A stretch of 64,000 nucleotides of DNA from Candidatus Aenigmatarchaeota archaeon (GTDB lineage: Archaea > Aenigmatarchaeota > Aenigmatarchaeia > QMZP01 > QMZT01). The notes under the pieces are model-generated. The model did no database searches, was not told the DNA's origin, and saw nothing but the letters and a program-made list of their open reading frames with translations. The stretch spans positions 23,297 to 87,296 of the forward strand of contig JBGPQP010000003.1 of the NCBI GenBank assembly GCA_041489155.1, written 5' to 3'. Every line of letters begins with the position of its first letter. The first letter of the stretch is position 1. Positions 37,253 through 48,849 of this stretch are shown here, piece after piece. Position numbers and translations under genes: made by a program.

Positions 37253-38629
37253 ATGTATTCTCACGAAATACAGCGGCTTCTCGGGCACAAGAACATCGCC
37301 ATTGGCGACAGGGTCCTCGTCCAGAAGGACGGCAAAAAGCACGAGGGCCTGCTCATGCCAAAGCCTTCCCACGGCGACGAGAGAACGGTTCTCATAAAGC
37401 TTGACAGCGGCTACAACGTCGGCTTCGATATAACCGGCCTCGTGATTTCGAAGGCGCATTCGAAAGAGCCGAAAGACGTGAAAGAAGAGGCGAAATACGA
37501 ATTCGGCAGGACGAACAAAGAGCTGCTTGAACTGAAGTTCGATGCGAACAAGCCTAAGGTCGCGCTAATCTCGACCGGCGGCACCATTGCTTCGCGGGTT
37601 GATTACAGGACAGGAGGCGTCTACGCTGTCGAGAATCCCAAGGAGCTCCTGCACAACATACCCGAGCTTTCTCACATAGTTAATCTCGAGATGTTCAGCC
37701 CGATTAAGAAGATGAGCGAGGATCTCGACCCTGAGGACTGGCAGCACATCGCCAGGGAGGTCGCTAAAGAGTTGAACGCCGGAAAAAAGGGTGTGATTGT
37801 AACGCACGGCACGGACACGCTGCATTACACTTCCGCTGCGTTATCATTTTTCCTTCAGAATCTCGGCAAACCCGTCGTCCTTGTAGGCGCGCAGAGGTCG
37901 AGCGACCGGGGCTCGAGCGACGCCGGCCTGAACATCATCTGCGCGGCGCACGTCGCCGTGTCTGACATCGCCGAGGTCGGGACGTGCATGCACGGCAGCA
38001 CGAATGACGCATACTGCCATTTCATCCGCGGGACGAAGGTGCGCAAGATGCACACGACCAGGCGCGACGCCTTCCAGCCGATAAACGAGCCCGCGCTGGC
38101 GAGGGTCTTCGCTGATGGCAGGATCGATATAATCAACAAGAACTTCAGGAAAAGAGATGACAAGAAGAAGGTGGAGGTCGACGCAAAAATCGACCCGAAC
38201 GTCGCGATACTCAAGGTCTATCCCGGCTCGCACTCGAATGTGATCGATTATCACATCAGGAACGGGTGTAAAGGCTTCGTCATCGAGGGGACCGGCATGG
38301 GCCACGTGCCTACTGAAGTCTCGAAAAAGCCTTGGACCCTTGCGATAAAGAAGCACTCGGAAACCATCCCGTTTGTCATAACCTCCCAGACAATTTACGG
38401 CAGGGTAAACCCATACGTCTACACGAACCTGCGCAAGCTGTTCATCGATTCCGGAGCGATTCCTGGCGAGGACATGACCAGCGAAACTGCGTATGTCAAG
38501 CTCATGTGGGTGCTCGGCAAGACAAAGAGTATGGAGAAGATACGCGAGATGATGCTTACGAACTACGTCGGTGAAATCACCAGCCGCACGGAAACCGACG
38601 CCTTTTCTGCAGAGGGATTGAATGAGTGA
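37253..38629 (+). CDS. gatD: Glu-tRNA(Gln) amidotransferase subunit D
   Basis: 458 aa. GatD N-terminal domain followed by an asparaginase domain (LISTGGTIAS, HGTDTL). Confidence 0.92.
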   Translation: MYSHEIQRLLGHKNIAIGDRVLVQKDGKKHEGLLMPKPSHGDERTVLIKLDSGYNVGFDITGLVISKAHSKEPKDVKEEAKYEFGRTNKELLELKFDANKPKVALISTGGTIASRVDYRTGGVYAVENPKELLHNIPELSHIVNLEMFSPIKKMSEDLDPEDWQHIAREVAKELNAGKKGVIVTHGTDTLHYTSAALSFFLQNLGKPVVLVGAQRSSDRGSSDAGLNIICAAHVAVSDIAEVGTCMHGSTNDAYCHFIRGTKVRKMHTTRRDAFQPINEPALARVFADGRIDIINKNFRKRDDKKKVEVDAKIDPNVAILKVYPGSHSNVIDYHIRNGCKGFVIEGTGMGHVPTEVSKKPWTLAIKKHSETIPFVITSQTIYGRVNPYVYTNLRKLFIDSGAIPGEDMTSETAYVKLMWVLGKTKSMEKIREMMLTNYVGEITSRTETDAFSAEGLNE

Positions 38630-39773
38630 GATTTTAACTAAAAAGTTGCACAAAAATTCAGATAGAAAATTTTCGCTTATTTTAGCTAAACCCAAAAATA
38701 AGGCAGACGTTCCTAAAAATTTGTGGGAAAAATCAAAAAGGATAGTGGTTAATCGATTTCGTGAAGAATATGTACCTCTTTATCTCTTAAATTCATATAA
38801 GATTAAGATAGATAAGTTGGTTGTGAACAACACATACGGAAGGCCTATTAAATTTGTTACGGAATTAACAGAGGATTTCGCAAAAATAATAGGTGCTATT
38901 TGTTCGGATGGCCATATAACAACTAAATCAAAAGCTGATTATATCATACAGTTGGTCGATTCCGACAAAACAGCAGTCATAGCTTTTCAGAAATGGATTG
39001 AAAATATATTTGGTAGAAAGTATACTGTCAATAAGGACTATACATCGAACTCGTGGAGAATAGATATAAACAACAAGATCATAGGCCGTTACTTGGTTGA
39101 TGTTATAGGGCTCCCTACCAATAAAAAATCTGATACTGTAAGATCACCAAAAGTTATAATGAGAAGTACTTCAGATATTCAAAAGGCATTTTGCGTTGGA
39201 GCTTTAACTTTCGATGGAGGAATAGACATAAGCGGTAATATAGAATTTTTAACACGTAGCAAACAATTCTATTTGGATATTGTTAGAATCCTGAAAAGAT
39301 TGAATATCGATGCGTACTACAAAAAAACAAGCGATAAAAACGGATTTTGGAGGTTCCATTTGTGCAGATCATCCCCAGAATATAAAAAATGGTTGCAACT
39401 TTTTGAAAAGGGAACAGAGAAATGGGAAAAAATAAAAGAAAACGTAAATGGTTTCAAAAAGATACCAACTTCGGAGAACGAAGTTCTTGAAACATTCAGC
39501 AGAGTATTCCCCTCTAAAAACAGAAGCTTTGTAAACATCTCTGATTTTTTTAATTGCCTAAAGAAAGCTGGAAATTGTAATATAGAGGAACTAACGAAGA
39601 AATTAAATATAGATAAAACCACAACAAATAAATATAGAAAAGTTCTGAAAGATTGCAATATAATACGCGAAGAACACATTGAGGGCAAGAAATATAAAAT
39701 AGAGATATGCTTCAATAAAAATATACACGAATGGAGAATACCAAAAAGGTCTTATAATGGAATTGGATTATAA
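38622..39773 (+). CDS. Free-standing double-motif LAGLIDADG homing-endonuclease-like protein with a C-terminal winged-helix domain
   Basis: 383 aa. Two LAGLIDADG-type motifs, FAKIIGAICSDGHI and FCVGALTFDGGI, both keep the acidic residue before G. The connector GLPTNKKSDTVRSP is typical of the family. The C-terminal NIEELTKKLNIDKTTTNKYRKVLKDCNII looks like an HTH. It overlaps gatD by 8 nt and gatE by 17 nt and is very AT-rich. Confidence 0.6.
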   Translation: MSEILTKKLHKNSDRKFSLILAKPKNKADVPKNLWEKSKRIVVNRFREEYVPLYLLNSYKIKIDKLVVNNTYGRPIKFVTELTEDFAKIIGAICSDGHITTKSKADYIIQLVDSDKTAVIAFQKWIENIFGRKYTVNKDYTSNSWRIDINNKIIGRYLVDVIGLPTNKKSDTVRSPKVIMRSTSDIQKAFCVGALTFDGGIDISGNIEFLTRSKQFYLDIVRILKRLNIDAYYKKTSDKNGFWRFHLCRSSPEYKKWLQLFEKGTEKWEKIKENVNGFKKIPTSENEVLETFSRVFPSKNRSFVNISDFFNCLKKAGNCNIEELTKKLNIDKTTTNKYRKVLKDCNIIREEHIEGKKYKIEICFNKNIHEWRIPKRSYNGIGL

Positions 39774-41643
39774 AAAAATGGGTCTTAAATGTGGCATTGA
39801 GGTGCATAAACAGCTAGACACGGAACGCAAGCTTTTCTGCAACTGCAGGGCGCGCTTTTCCGAGGCGAAGCCGCAGGCAGAGGTTGTGCGGAAACTGCGA
39901 GTGGTCGCCGGCGAGACCGGCGAAATCGATGTGGCGGCGCTGGGTGAAGTTGCTAAAGGAATCGAATTCGTCTACAGGGTTTATCCCGATGAGACCTGCC
40001 TCGTCGAACTGGACGAAGAGCCAATTCATTCTCTTAATTCCGAAGCGCTTGATATTGTCCTCACCATAGGCGGACTTCTGAAGTGCGAGGTGCCAGAGGA
40101 AATCCACGTGATGAGGAAGACTGTTTTGGATGGTTCAAACACTTCCGGCTTCCAGAGGACGGCGATTGTTGGGTTGGACGGAAAAATGAAAACGTCTTTC
40201 GGCGAGGTCGGCATAGAAAACCTGTGCCTCGAGGAGGAGAGCTGCCAGATAATGGGGAGAGAGGGGAACCGCGTGTTTTATGGCCTGGACAGGCTTGGCA
40301 TCCCGCTCGTCGAGATTGGCACTTCGCCCGATATCCGCTCGCCAGAACAAGCGAGAGAAGTCGCTGAGAAACTTGGCATGATAGTGCGCTCGACCGGGAA
40401 GGTGAAGCGAGGCCTCGGCACGATCAGGCAGGACATAAATGTTTCCATCGCGGGCGGCGCGAGAGTCGAGATAAAGGGTGTGCAGGAACTGAGGATGATT
40501 CCCAAGTTCGTCGAGAACGAGGCGCTGAGACAAAAGGCGCTGCTTGAGATAAGGAATGAGCTGAAGAAAAAAGGCTTCAAGCCGGTTAGGCCGAAAGTTG
40601 TTCATGTTTCCCACATATTCAAAGGTTCTGAATCGAAGATAACGAAGGACAAGGCAACGTATGCGATTCTCATTCCAGATTTCGCGGGCTTCATGAAAAG
40701 GCAAATCACGCCCACGAGAACGCTTGGGAATGAGATAGCGAATTACGTGAGAGCGCATTCCGACCTGAAGGGCATAATCCACAGCGACGAGGAACTCGAG
40801 AAATACAAGCTGGGCAAGGAATTTGGGAAACTCAGAACGGCGATGAAAGCGCATCATGGCGACACGCTCATAATCGCGGTCGGCGAGAAGGAAGCAGTTC
40901 AAAGGACCATGGACGTCGTTGCCCGGAGAATAAACCAGCTTACTGAAGGCGTTCCGAAGGAAGTGCGAAAAGCGCTTGAAACGGGTGAGACGGAATACAT
41001 GCGTCCCCTTCCGGGGTCGGCCAGGCTTTACCCGGAGACCGACATACCGCCGATACGCATCACCCGCAAGAAGCTCGCTGAGATTCGAAGAAATCTGCCC
41101 GAGCTGCTCGCTGAAAAGGAGGAGAGGCACAAGAAAGAGATAGTCGAGAAGTTCAGGCTAAGCGAGGAGATAACCAAGCAGCTGGTAAAGGCCGGCAAGA
41201 AAAAGCTTTTCGATGCGCTTGTGCAGACGGGCGCTGACCCGAAGGTGATAGCCACCACGCTGACCTCAACGCTGCCTTATCTGAAGAAGAGCGGCGTCGC
41301 AATCGATAAGCTCGAGGAACGCCATTTCGCCGCGCTTTTCGTGAAATTCAGGGAAGGACATCTGACGAAGGAAGCGCTTCCTGATGTTCTGAAAGAGCTT
41401 GCCGCCCATCCCGGCATCGACATAGAGAACGCAATAAGGAAAACGAAAATTGTCTCGCTCAAGCTGGACGATCTTAAGAAGATAATCCAGAAGACCATTG
41501 AAAAGAACAGCGAACTGGTCGGTGACGAGCGGGGCGAGAAAGTCTTGCTGGGCCTGGTCATGCAGGTGGTCAGGGGCAAGATCGACCCGACCATCGTAAT
41601 GAGTGAGCTTGAGATTGCATTAAGAAAAATCAAACAAAAATAA
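39757..41643 (+). CDS. gatE: Glu-tRNA(Gln) amidotransferase subunit E
   Basis: 628 aa with the MELDYKKMGLKCGIEVHKQL start. GatB/E core plus the GatE-specific insertion and a YqeY-like tail. Confidence 0.92.
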   Translation: MELDYKKMGLKCGIEVHKQLDTERKLFCNCRARFSEAKPQAEVVRKLRVVAGETGEIDVAALGEVAKGIEFVYRVYPDETCLVELDEEPIHSLNSEALDIVLTIGGLLKCEVPEEIHVMRKTVLDGSNTSGFQRTAIVGLDGKMKTSFGEVGIENLCLEEESCQIMGREGNRVFYGLDRLGIPLVEIGTSPDIRSPEQAREVAEKLGMIVRSTGKVKRGLGTIRQDINVSIAGGARVEIKGVQELRMIPKFVENEALRQKALLEIRNELKKKGFKPVRPKVVHVSHIFKGSESKITKDKATYAILIPDFAGFMKRQITPTRTLGNEIANYVRAHSDLKGIIHSDEELEKYKLGKEFGKLRTAMKAHHGDTLIIAVGEKEAVQRTMDVVARRINQLTEGVPKEVRKALETGETEYMRPLPGSARLYPETDIPPIRITRKKLAEIRRNLPELLAEKEERHKKEIVEKFRLSEEITKQLVKAGKKKLFDALVQTGADPKVIATTLTSTLPYLKKSGVAIDKLEERHFAALFVKFREGHLTKEALPDVLKELAAHPGIDIENAIRKTKIVSLKLDDLKKIIQKTIEKNSELVGDERGEKVLLGLVMQVVRGKIDPTIVMSELEIALRKIKQK

Positions 41644-42978
<1,335 letters not shown>

Positions 42979-42997
42979 TCAGACGTCGGGCGGAAAG

Positions 42998-43804
42998 CTA
43001 CAGATAGCATTTCATCTTCTCGCCGCTCACGCCTGCGTAAAGCTCTATGTAAGGCTTCACGGGGCTCGAATTTATCTTCTTGAGCAGAACTTCCTCGACC
43101 TGGAAGAAGCCGACAGGCGAGTCCATCTCCACCGTTATCTTTATCGGCCGTTTCTGGCCTTTTTCAATCGTGACTTTATGGATCGAGGTGGATGAATATT
43201 TGTGTATGTCGCCCATCTTGCCCATGGCGGATTCCTTGATTATCATGGGTATGCGCGCGCGGCCTTTCTCCATGTCGCAGCCGTCCGCGATAAGTATTAT
43301 GCCCGCCTCGAGCGAGTCGATCTTCTGACCGCCCATGTGGCCTAGAATCCCCTCTATCGCCATCGAGCGCACGATAACCTTCTGTTCAACGTCGTCCTTG
43401 TAAACGTGCCCGAGAATCCTGTCAAGAATCGGCACTGCAAAAAGGGAAGCCGCATTCTCGTGCTTTTCGCGGCCGACGCTCATGCCTATGTCGTGCAGGA
43501 ATGACGCCAGCATCACGGCGATCTTGCTGTCCTCGAACGAGCCCGCGCCCTCGCTCTCGAGATTGAGCTTGATGCCTGCCCTGTTCAGCAGGTCGATCAT
43601 GGCCAGCGCGTTAATCACGACTTTCCTCATGTGCACAGGGCCGTGGTCGTTGTAGCCCAGTCTCTTTATGGAAACCGTGTTGGCGTAGTCCTGCAGGCAG
43701 TCGATTTCCCTGTCTTTCAGCATCAGCTCGGCGATTTTCAGCGGCCTGCCTGAAAGCATCTTCAGGATCTTCTCATCCATGACAGTCTCTTTGGGTGATG
43801 TCAT
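42998..43804 (-). CDS. HD-domain phosphohydrolase
   Basis: 268 aa with the H...HD metal motif (HMRKV..., ASFLHDIGMS). Confidence 0.7.
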   Translation of the reverse strand: MTSPKETVMDEKILKMLSGRPLKIAELMLKDREIDCLQDYANTVSIKRLGYNDHGPVHMRKVVINALAMIDLLNRAGIKLNLESEGAGSFEDSKIAVMLASFLHDIGMSVGREKHENAASLFAVPILDRILGHVYKDDVEQKVIVRSMAIEGILGHMGGQKIDSLEAGIILIADGCDMEKGRARIPMIIKESAMGKMGDIHKYSSTSIHKVTIEKGQKRPIKITVEMDSPVGFFQVEEVLLKKINSSPVKPYIELYAGVSGEKMKCYL

Positions 43805-43848
43805 ACTATCTCCTTGTTTTTCACAGAATAAAAATAAACTACAGTTCG

Positions 43849-45321
43849 TCAGCCCTCGGAGCCGCCCCAGTAATTGGGGGCTTCCTCGGTTATTATCACA
43901 TCATGCGGATGCGATTCTTCGACGCCTTCTTTCGTCACGCGGATGAACCTCGCCTTCCTTTTCATCTCGTTTATGCTGGCGCAGCCGCAATAGCCCATCG
44001 AAGAACGCAGGCCGCCGACCATCTGGAAAACCATTTCACCGACGCTCCCCCTGTAGGGCACGACTCCTTCCACGCCCTCCGGGACGAATTTCACGGCCTC
44101 GCTCTGGCCGTACCTGTCCTTTGAGCCGAGCTGCATCGCCTTTACAGAACCCATCCCCCTGTACTTCTTGTACTTCCTTCCGCCCATGTGAACGATTTCG
44201 CCCGGTGCCTCCTCGGTGCCGGCGAAAAGGGAGCCAATCATCACCACGCTCGCGCCGGCGGCAATCGCCTTGGCGATGTCGCCAGAATTCCTTATGCCTC
44301 CGTCGGCTATCACCGAGATTTTGCGTTTTTCCGCTGCATCGGAGCATTCCTGCACCGCGGTTACCTGCGGCACCCCGATGCCGGCGACGATTCTCGTCGT
44401 GCATATCGAGCCCGGCCCGATGCCGACTTTAACAGCGTCAGCGCCTGCCGCTATAAGATCACGGGTGCCTTCCGCTGTAGCCACGTTCCCCGCTATCACG
44501 TCAATGTCATGTGCCCTTTTCAGCTGCCTGACCATTCTTATCACGTTCTCGCTGTGGCCGTGGGCCGTGTCGACCGTCAGGATATCAACGCCGGTCTTTA
44601 TCAACGCCTCGGCCCTCGCCGTGTCGAACGGCCCTATTGCCGCTCCCACGAGAAGACTCCCTTCCCTGTCCTTGGATGCATGCGGGTACTTCTGGGTCTT
44701 CTTAAGGTCAGCGAAGGTTATAAGGCCTTTGAGTCTCCCTTTCTCGTCCACTATCGGAAGCTTTTCCACCTTGTGTTTGTTCATGATTTCCACGGCTTCA
44801 ACCAGGTCGGCCCTTCTTGTGATTATCGGATTCTTCGTCATCATGTTCCTTACCTTCTCGTTCGGGTCGTTTTTGAACCACATGTCCCTGCTGGTGAGAA
44901 TGCCGACGACTTTCCCGTTCTCCACAACTATGAAACTCCCTACGCCCGTTTTCTTGGAAACTTCCCAGACCTTCGCAAGGGTGTCGCCCGGAGCAACTGT
45001 CAGAGGATTGCGAATTATCCAGGACTCGGATTTCTTTACCCTCCCGACTTCCTCCGCCTGCTTCTCGACGGGCATGTTCTTGTGTATTATGCCCATCCCG
45101 CCTTCCTGCGCCAGGGCGATGGCCATCTGAGATTCAGTGACAGTGTCCATCGCAGCGCTCATGATGGGTATGTTGAGAGAAATCCTTTTCGTCAGCCTGG
45201 TCTTGGTGTCAACGTCCTTGGGGATGACGCTTGATCGTCTTGGTACTAGCAGAATGTCATCGAACGTCAACGCTATCTTCCTTCTGAGCCTTTTCATCCG
45301 CGCACCTTTCCTCCAATCCAT
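43849..45321 (-). CDS. guaB: IMP dehydrogenase (with CBS pair)
   Basis: 490 aa. The catalytic loop [14 protein letters not shown] and [10 protein letters not shown] are present. The true start may be the second ATG (45297, MKRLRRK...). Confidence 0.92.
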   Translation of the reverse strand: MDWRKGARMKRLRRKIALTFDDILLVPRRSSVIPKDVDTKTRLTKRISLNIPIMSAAMDTVTESQMAIALAQEGGMGIIHKNMPVEKQAEEVGRVKKSESWIIRNPLTVAPGDTLAKVWEVSKKTGVGSFIVVENGKVVGILTSRDMWFKNDPNEKVRNMMTKNPIITRRADLVEAVEIMNKHKVEKLPIVDEKGRLKGLITFADLKKTQKYPHASKDREGSLLVGAAIGPFDTARAEALIKTGVDILTVDTAHGHSENVIRMVRQLKRAHDIDVIAGNVATAEGTRDLIAAGADAVKVGIGPGSICTTRIVAGIGVPQVTAVQECSDAAEKRKISVIADGGIRNSGDIAKAIAAGASVVMIGSLFAGTEEAPGEIVHMGGRKYKKYRGMGSVKAMQLGSKDRYGQSEAVKFVPEGVEGVVPYRGSVGEMVFQMVGGLRSSMGYCGCASINEMKRKARFIRVTKEGVEESHPHDVIITEEAPNYWGGSEG

Positions 45322-45435
45322 GTACTTCCGTCTGGGTGTTGCTTTGAGAAGATTATTGACTCGTGGTTTTTAAAGTTTTCCCCTCCCGACTGGACAATTG
45401 AAAACGTTTTATCTGTCCTCAGGCAAAAAAATAAT

Positions 45436-46851
45436 ATGATAGGTTTCTTTTTCACGGCCTTGGCTTTCATTATTCTGGTATTTTTTATCGCAAGACCGGT
45501 TTCAATAAATGTCCCAGGCCTTGGCCGGAAGCTGAAGTTAGACTACGCCGCAGGTAGCGTAATTGGCGTTTCCCTTTTGCTGCTGGCAAGCGTCCTTGCG
45601 CCGCATCAGGCCTTCGCCTCGCTCATCGGCCGGCCGGGCTTCAGCCCTTACACGATAATCATCCTTTTCATGGCCGTCGCCTACATAGCGATTTCCCTCG
45701 ACAGCACCGGCTTCTTCGAATACCTGGCGCTCAAGATAGCCAAGCGCTCCGGTGGCGACGGGCGCAAACTGTTCTTCTATTTCTACTTCCTAAGCGGCTT
45801 CATCACGCTTTTCACGTCCAACGATATCGTAATCCTTACGCTCACGCCGATCATCTTCTACTTCGGCAAGCATGCGAAAATCAAAGTCCTGCCGTATCTC
45901 ATCGCCGAGTTTTTTGCGGCAAATATCTGGAGCATGTTCCTTTACGTGGGCAACCCCACGAATATAATCGCGGCTTCAGCGAGCGGCATAGGCCTGATAG
46001 AATACAGCGTATGGATGATACTTCCAACGATAGCAGCCGGTCTCTCCTGCCTGGTACTGCTTTACTTCGTCTTCAGGGAACAGGTAAGCTTCAAATTCAA
46101 AGTCCCTCACGTTAACCCAGACGATTTCCTCAAGGACAGGCGCTGCGCCTTCGTGACCTTCACCGTCTTCTGCCTGACCCTGGTCACCCTCAGCCTTTCG
46201 CCTTTCATCGGTGTTGAGATGTGGGTGGTATCTCTGTTATTCGCCGTTGCGCTGTTCATTTACGACACGGGCAGCGCCTTCAGCGAATACTACAACGAGA
46301 AGATGACCTTCTACCACGTGTTCAAGCGCTATGTGCTGCGCCACAGGACGAAGATATACCAGTTTCGCCTGCACCTCATAGCAGAGAGGATGCCGTGGAA
46401 AATCGTTCCCTTCCTCCTGTGCTCCTTCGTGATGGTCGAGGCGCTTGTCGTGAGCGGCGTTACCGATGCCGCAGCGGCATTCTTTTCTTCGATATCTGCC
46501 AACATATTCATGGCGGTCCTGTCCATGGGCTTCCTTTCCAGCCTAGCGGCGAATCTCGTCAACAACCAGCCGATGACCGTCCTCTTCACGAAAATCACTG
46601 AGAGCAGCCAGTTCGCCATGCCTGCAAGCACAAAGCTTGCCTCTATATTCTCGCTTATAATAGGCAGCAACCTCGGAGCGAATATCACGCTCATCGGCGC
46701 CCTCGCAGGCATAATGTGGTCGAAAATCCTGAAGGACAAGAACCAGACGGTCACCTACCGCGGCTTCGCCGAGCTCGGCTTCCTCGTTATGCCTTTGGTC
46801 ATCCTTGCCGCCTGCGGCGTGCTTGCGCTGGAGTTCTTTTTCTTCGGCTAA
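45436..46851 (+). CDS. ArsB/NhaD-superfamily anion permease
   Basis: 471 aa with about 11-12 TM segments. IIGSNLGANITLIGALAGIMW-type motifs are present; substrate is unknown. Confidence 0.6.
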   Translation: MIGFFFTALAFIILVFFIARPVSINVPGLGRKLKLDYAAGSVIGVSLLLLASVLAPHQAFASLIGRPGFSPYTIIILFMAVAYIAISLDSTGFFEYLALKIAKRSGGDGRKLFFYFYFLSGFITLFTSNDIVILTLTPIIFYFGKHAKIKVLPYLIAEFFAANIWSMFLYVGNPTNIIAASASGIGLIEYSVWMILPTIAAGLSCLVLLYFVFREQVSFKFKVPHVNPDDFLKDRRCAFVTFTVFCLTLVTLSLSPFIGVEMWVVSLLFAVALFIYDTGSAFSEYYNEKMTFYHVFKRYVLRHRTKIYQFRLHLIAERMPWKIVPFLLCSFVMVEALVVSGVTDAAAAFFSSISANIFMAVLSMGFLSSLAANLVNNQPMTVLFTKITESSQFAMPASTKLASIFSLIIGSNLGANITLIGALAGIMWSKILKDKNQTVTYRGFAELGFLVMPLVILAACGVLALEFFFFG

Positions 46852-46957
46852 GCCATTTTGCGGGTTGCATGTTTGATGTCCCTTGGGACAGACCTGCGTC
46901 TGCGAAGGTTCAAAACAAAAAGAAAAAGAAAAGATTGTATCGTTGGCCATCTCTGCT

Positions 46958-47278
46958 TTACTTTGCTTTTGTTATCGTGTAGACTTCCTTGAGAGCCACT
47001 ATCAGCGCTGCACCTGCTACGAAGGCGACGAATGCGGAAAGCATCCCGCCCACCATCGTACCAAGAGTCGTGTGTAATGCTGAACCGACAAGCATAAGCG
47101 CGACAGTCCCCAGAAGGAACTTCTGCACTTCCCCGCCTGTGACGTTAAGGAATCCTACAATGATTCCAAGCACGGCGAGGGCTGGAAGTCCGTAAACTCC
47201 CAGGTCGAAAAACCCTGCAATCACTGAAATTACTATTCCAACGATAAATGCATATCTACCGACTGTTTCCATGTTCAT
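46958..47278 (-). CDS. Small three-TM membrane protein
   Basis: 106 aa, Gly/Ala/Val-rich hydrophobic segments; no motif recognised. Confidence 0.5.
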   Translation of the reverse strand: MNMETVGRYAFIVGIVISVIAGFFDLGVYGLPALAVLGIIVGFLNVTGGEVQKFLLGTVALMLVGSALHTTLGTMVGGMLSAFVAFVAGAALIVALKEVYTITKAK

Positions 47279-47562
47279 ATAAATCTATATTTGGTTGCAC
47301 CTATATAAATCTTTCTCTCTGTAACTGTTAACTGTTATAATATTTGTTGAATATTCAGCTTCTACGGCCGCGAAAGCACGAGTCTAACCTTTATAAAGGT
47401 AAGTCCCATATTAATCAACTAAAAGCGAAAAACGGCGTTAGGGATCATGCGCCTCTTGGCGGTGAATGCTAATTCTGTTTTTTGTCTATTGAAACGTGTA
47501 AACCGCAAGTAGACAACGTTTACTTCAATAAAAGTTTACATGCTTTAGAAGGAGTGATAGAG

Positions 47563-48849
47563 ATGTCATTTGAAAAATTAGGAATAGAGCCGAGGATACT
47601 TGATATTCTCAGGAAGGCGGGTTTTGAAAAACCGATGCCCATACAAAGGGAGTGCATACCTCTCGTAAAACAGGGGAAGGACGTCATAGCCCAGTCGGAA
47701 ACAGGGTCGGGCAAGACGCTCGCTTTCGCGATACCCATAATGGAGAAAATCGAGCAGGGCAAAGGCATACAGGCCCTTGTCGTCACGCCGACTAGGGAAC
47801 TTGCGAACCAGATAACAAAGGAGTTTCTCAAGCTGACGGCGTACAAGATGGCCAACATAACGAGCGTTTACGGAGGTGTGTCCATCGAACCCCAGATAAG
47901 TTCGCTTAGGACGGCGGATGTCGTCGTCGGCACGCCGGGCAGGATACTGGACCATCTAGAGAGAAGGACCATAAATCTCTCAAACGTGAAGTACCTTGTC
48001 ATCGACGAAGCTGACCGCATGCTCGACATGGGCTTCATAGACGACGTGGAGAGGATCGTAAGCTACACGCCGAGAAGCCGCCAGACCATGCTGTTCAGCG
48101 CGACCATACCCGGGCCAGTGTATGGCATAAGCCAGCGCTACATGAAGAATCCAATAGCGATAGAGACTGAAAGGCATGTCAAGCCGGAGTTTCTCCGCCA
48201 GATATATTATGACGTCATGGAGAACGAGAAGTTCTCTGTCCTTGTCCATCTTATACAACAGGAAAAGCCGAAGCTCGCGATGATTTTCTGCGGCAAAAGA
48301 TCGACAGCGGACGCAGTCGCGAGAAACCTGCAGATGCAGGGCATAAACGCGAGGGTGATACACGGCGGGCTCGAGCAGAACAAGCGCGAGCGCATAATAA
48401 GCGACACGCATGCTGGCAGCGTTCAGGTGCTTGTTGCAACGGACGTCGCTTCGCGCGGCCTCGACATAAAGGGAGTGACGCACGTCTTCAACTATGACGT
48501 TCCAGCGAAGAAGGACGATTACATCCACAGAATAGGCAGGACCGCGCGCGCCGGCAAGTCTGGCATCGCGATAACCATCCTTTCAGACTCGGACTACGAC
48601 AACTTCCGCAGGATACTCAGGGACAACATGGGCCTCAACGTCGAGGAAGGCGCAAAAGAAGACTTCAGGCGCATCCCGTTCAATCCGCGCGCAGGCCGCG
48701 AGTACAGAGGCGATGGTTATCATCAGGGAAGCCATTACGGAGGCGGGGGACAACATGGCCATCGTCATGCCCGTGACAGCCACAGAAGCTACGGACATCG
48801 CAGCAGTGAGCATGAGCATCGCAGCAGCTGGAGATCCCGCAGCCGTTAG
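47563..48849 (+). CDS. DEAD-box RNA helicase with a His/Arg/Gly/Ser-rich tail
   Basis: Track ORF starts at 47482. I prefer the ATG at 47563 (MSFEKLGIEPRIL...), preceded by GGAG. Motifs Q, I (SETGSGKT), II (DEAD), III (SAT) and VI (HRIGRTARAG) are present. The tail reads GYHQGSHYGGGGQHGHRHARDSHRSYGHRSSEHEHRSSWRSRSR. Confidence 0.9.
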   Translation: MSFEKLGIEPRILDILRKAGFEKPMPIQRECIPLVKQGKDVIAQSETGSGKTLAFAIPIMEKIEQGKGIQALVVTPTRELANQITKEFLKLTAYKMANITSVYGGVSIEPQISSLRTADVVVGTPGRILDHLERRTINLSNVKYLVIDEADRMLDMGFIDDVERIVSYTPRSRQTMLFSATIPGPVYGISQRYMKNPIAIETERHVKPEFLRQIYYDVMENEKFSVLVHLIQQEKPKLAMIFCGKRSTADAVARNLQMQGINARVIHGGLEQNKRERIISDTHAGSVQVLVATDVASRGLDIKGVTHVFNYDVPAKKDDYIHRIGRTARAGKSGIAITILSDSDYDNFRRILRDNMGLNVEEGAKEDFRRIPFNPRAGREYRGDGYHQGSHYGGGGQHGHRHARDSHRSYGHRSSEHEHRSSWRSRSR

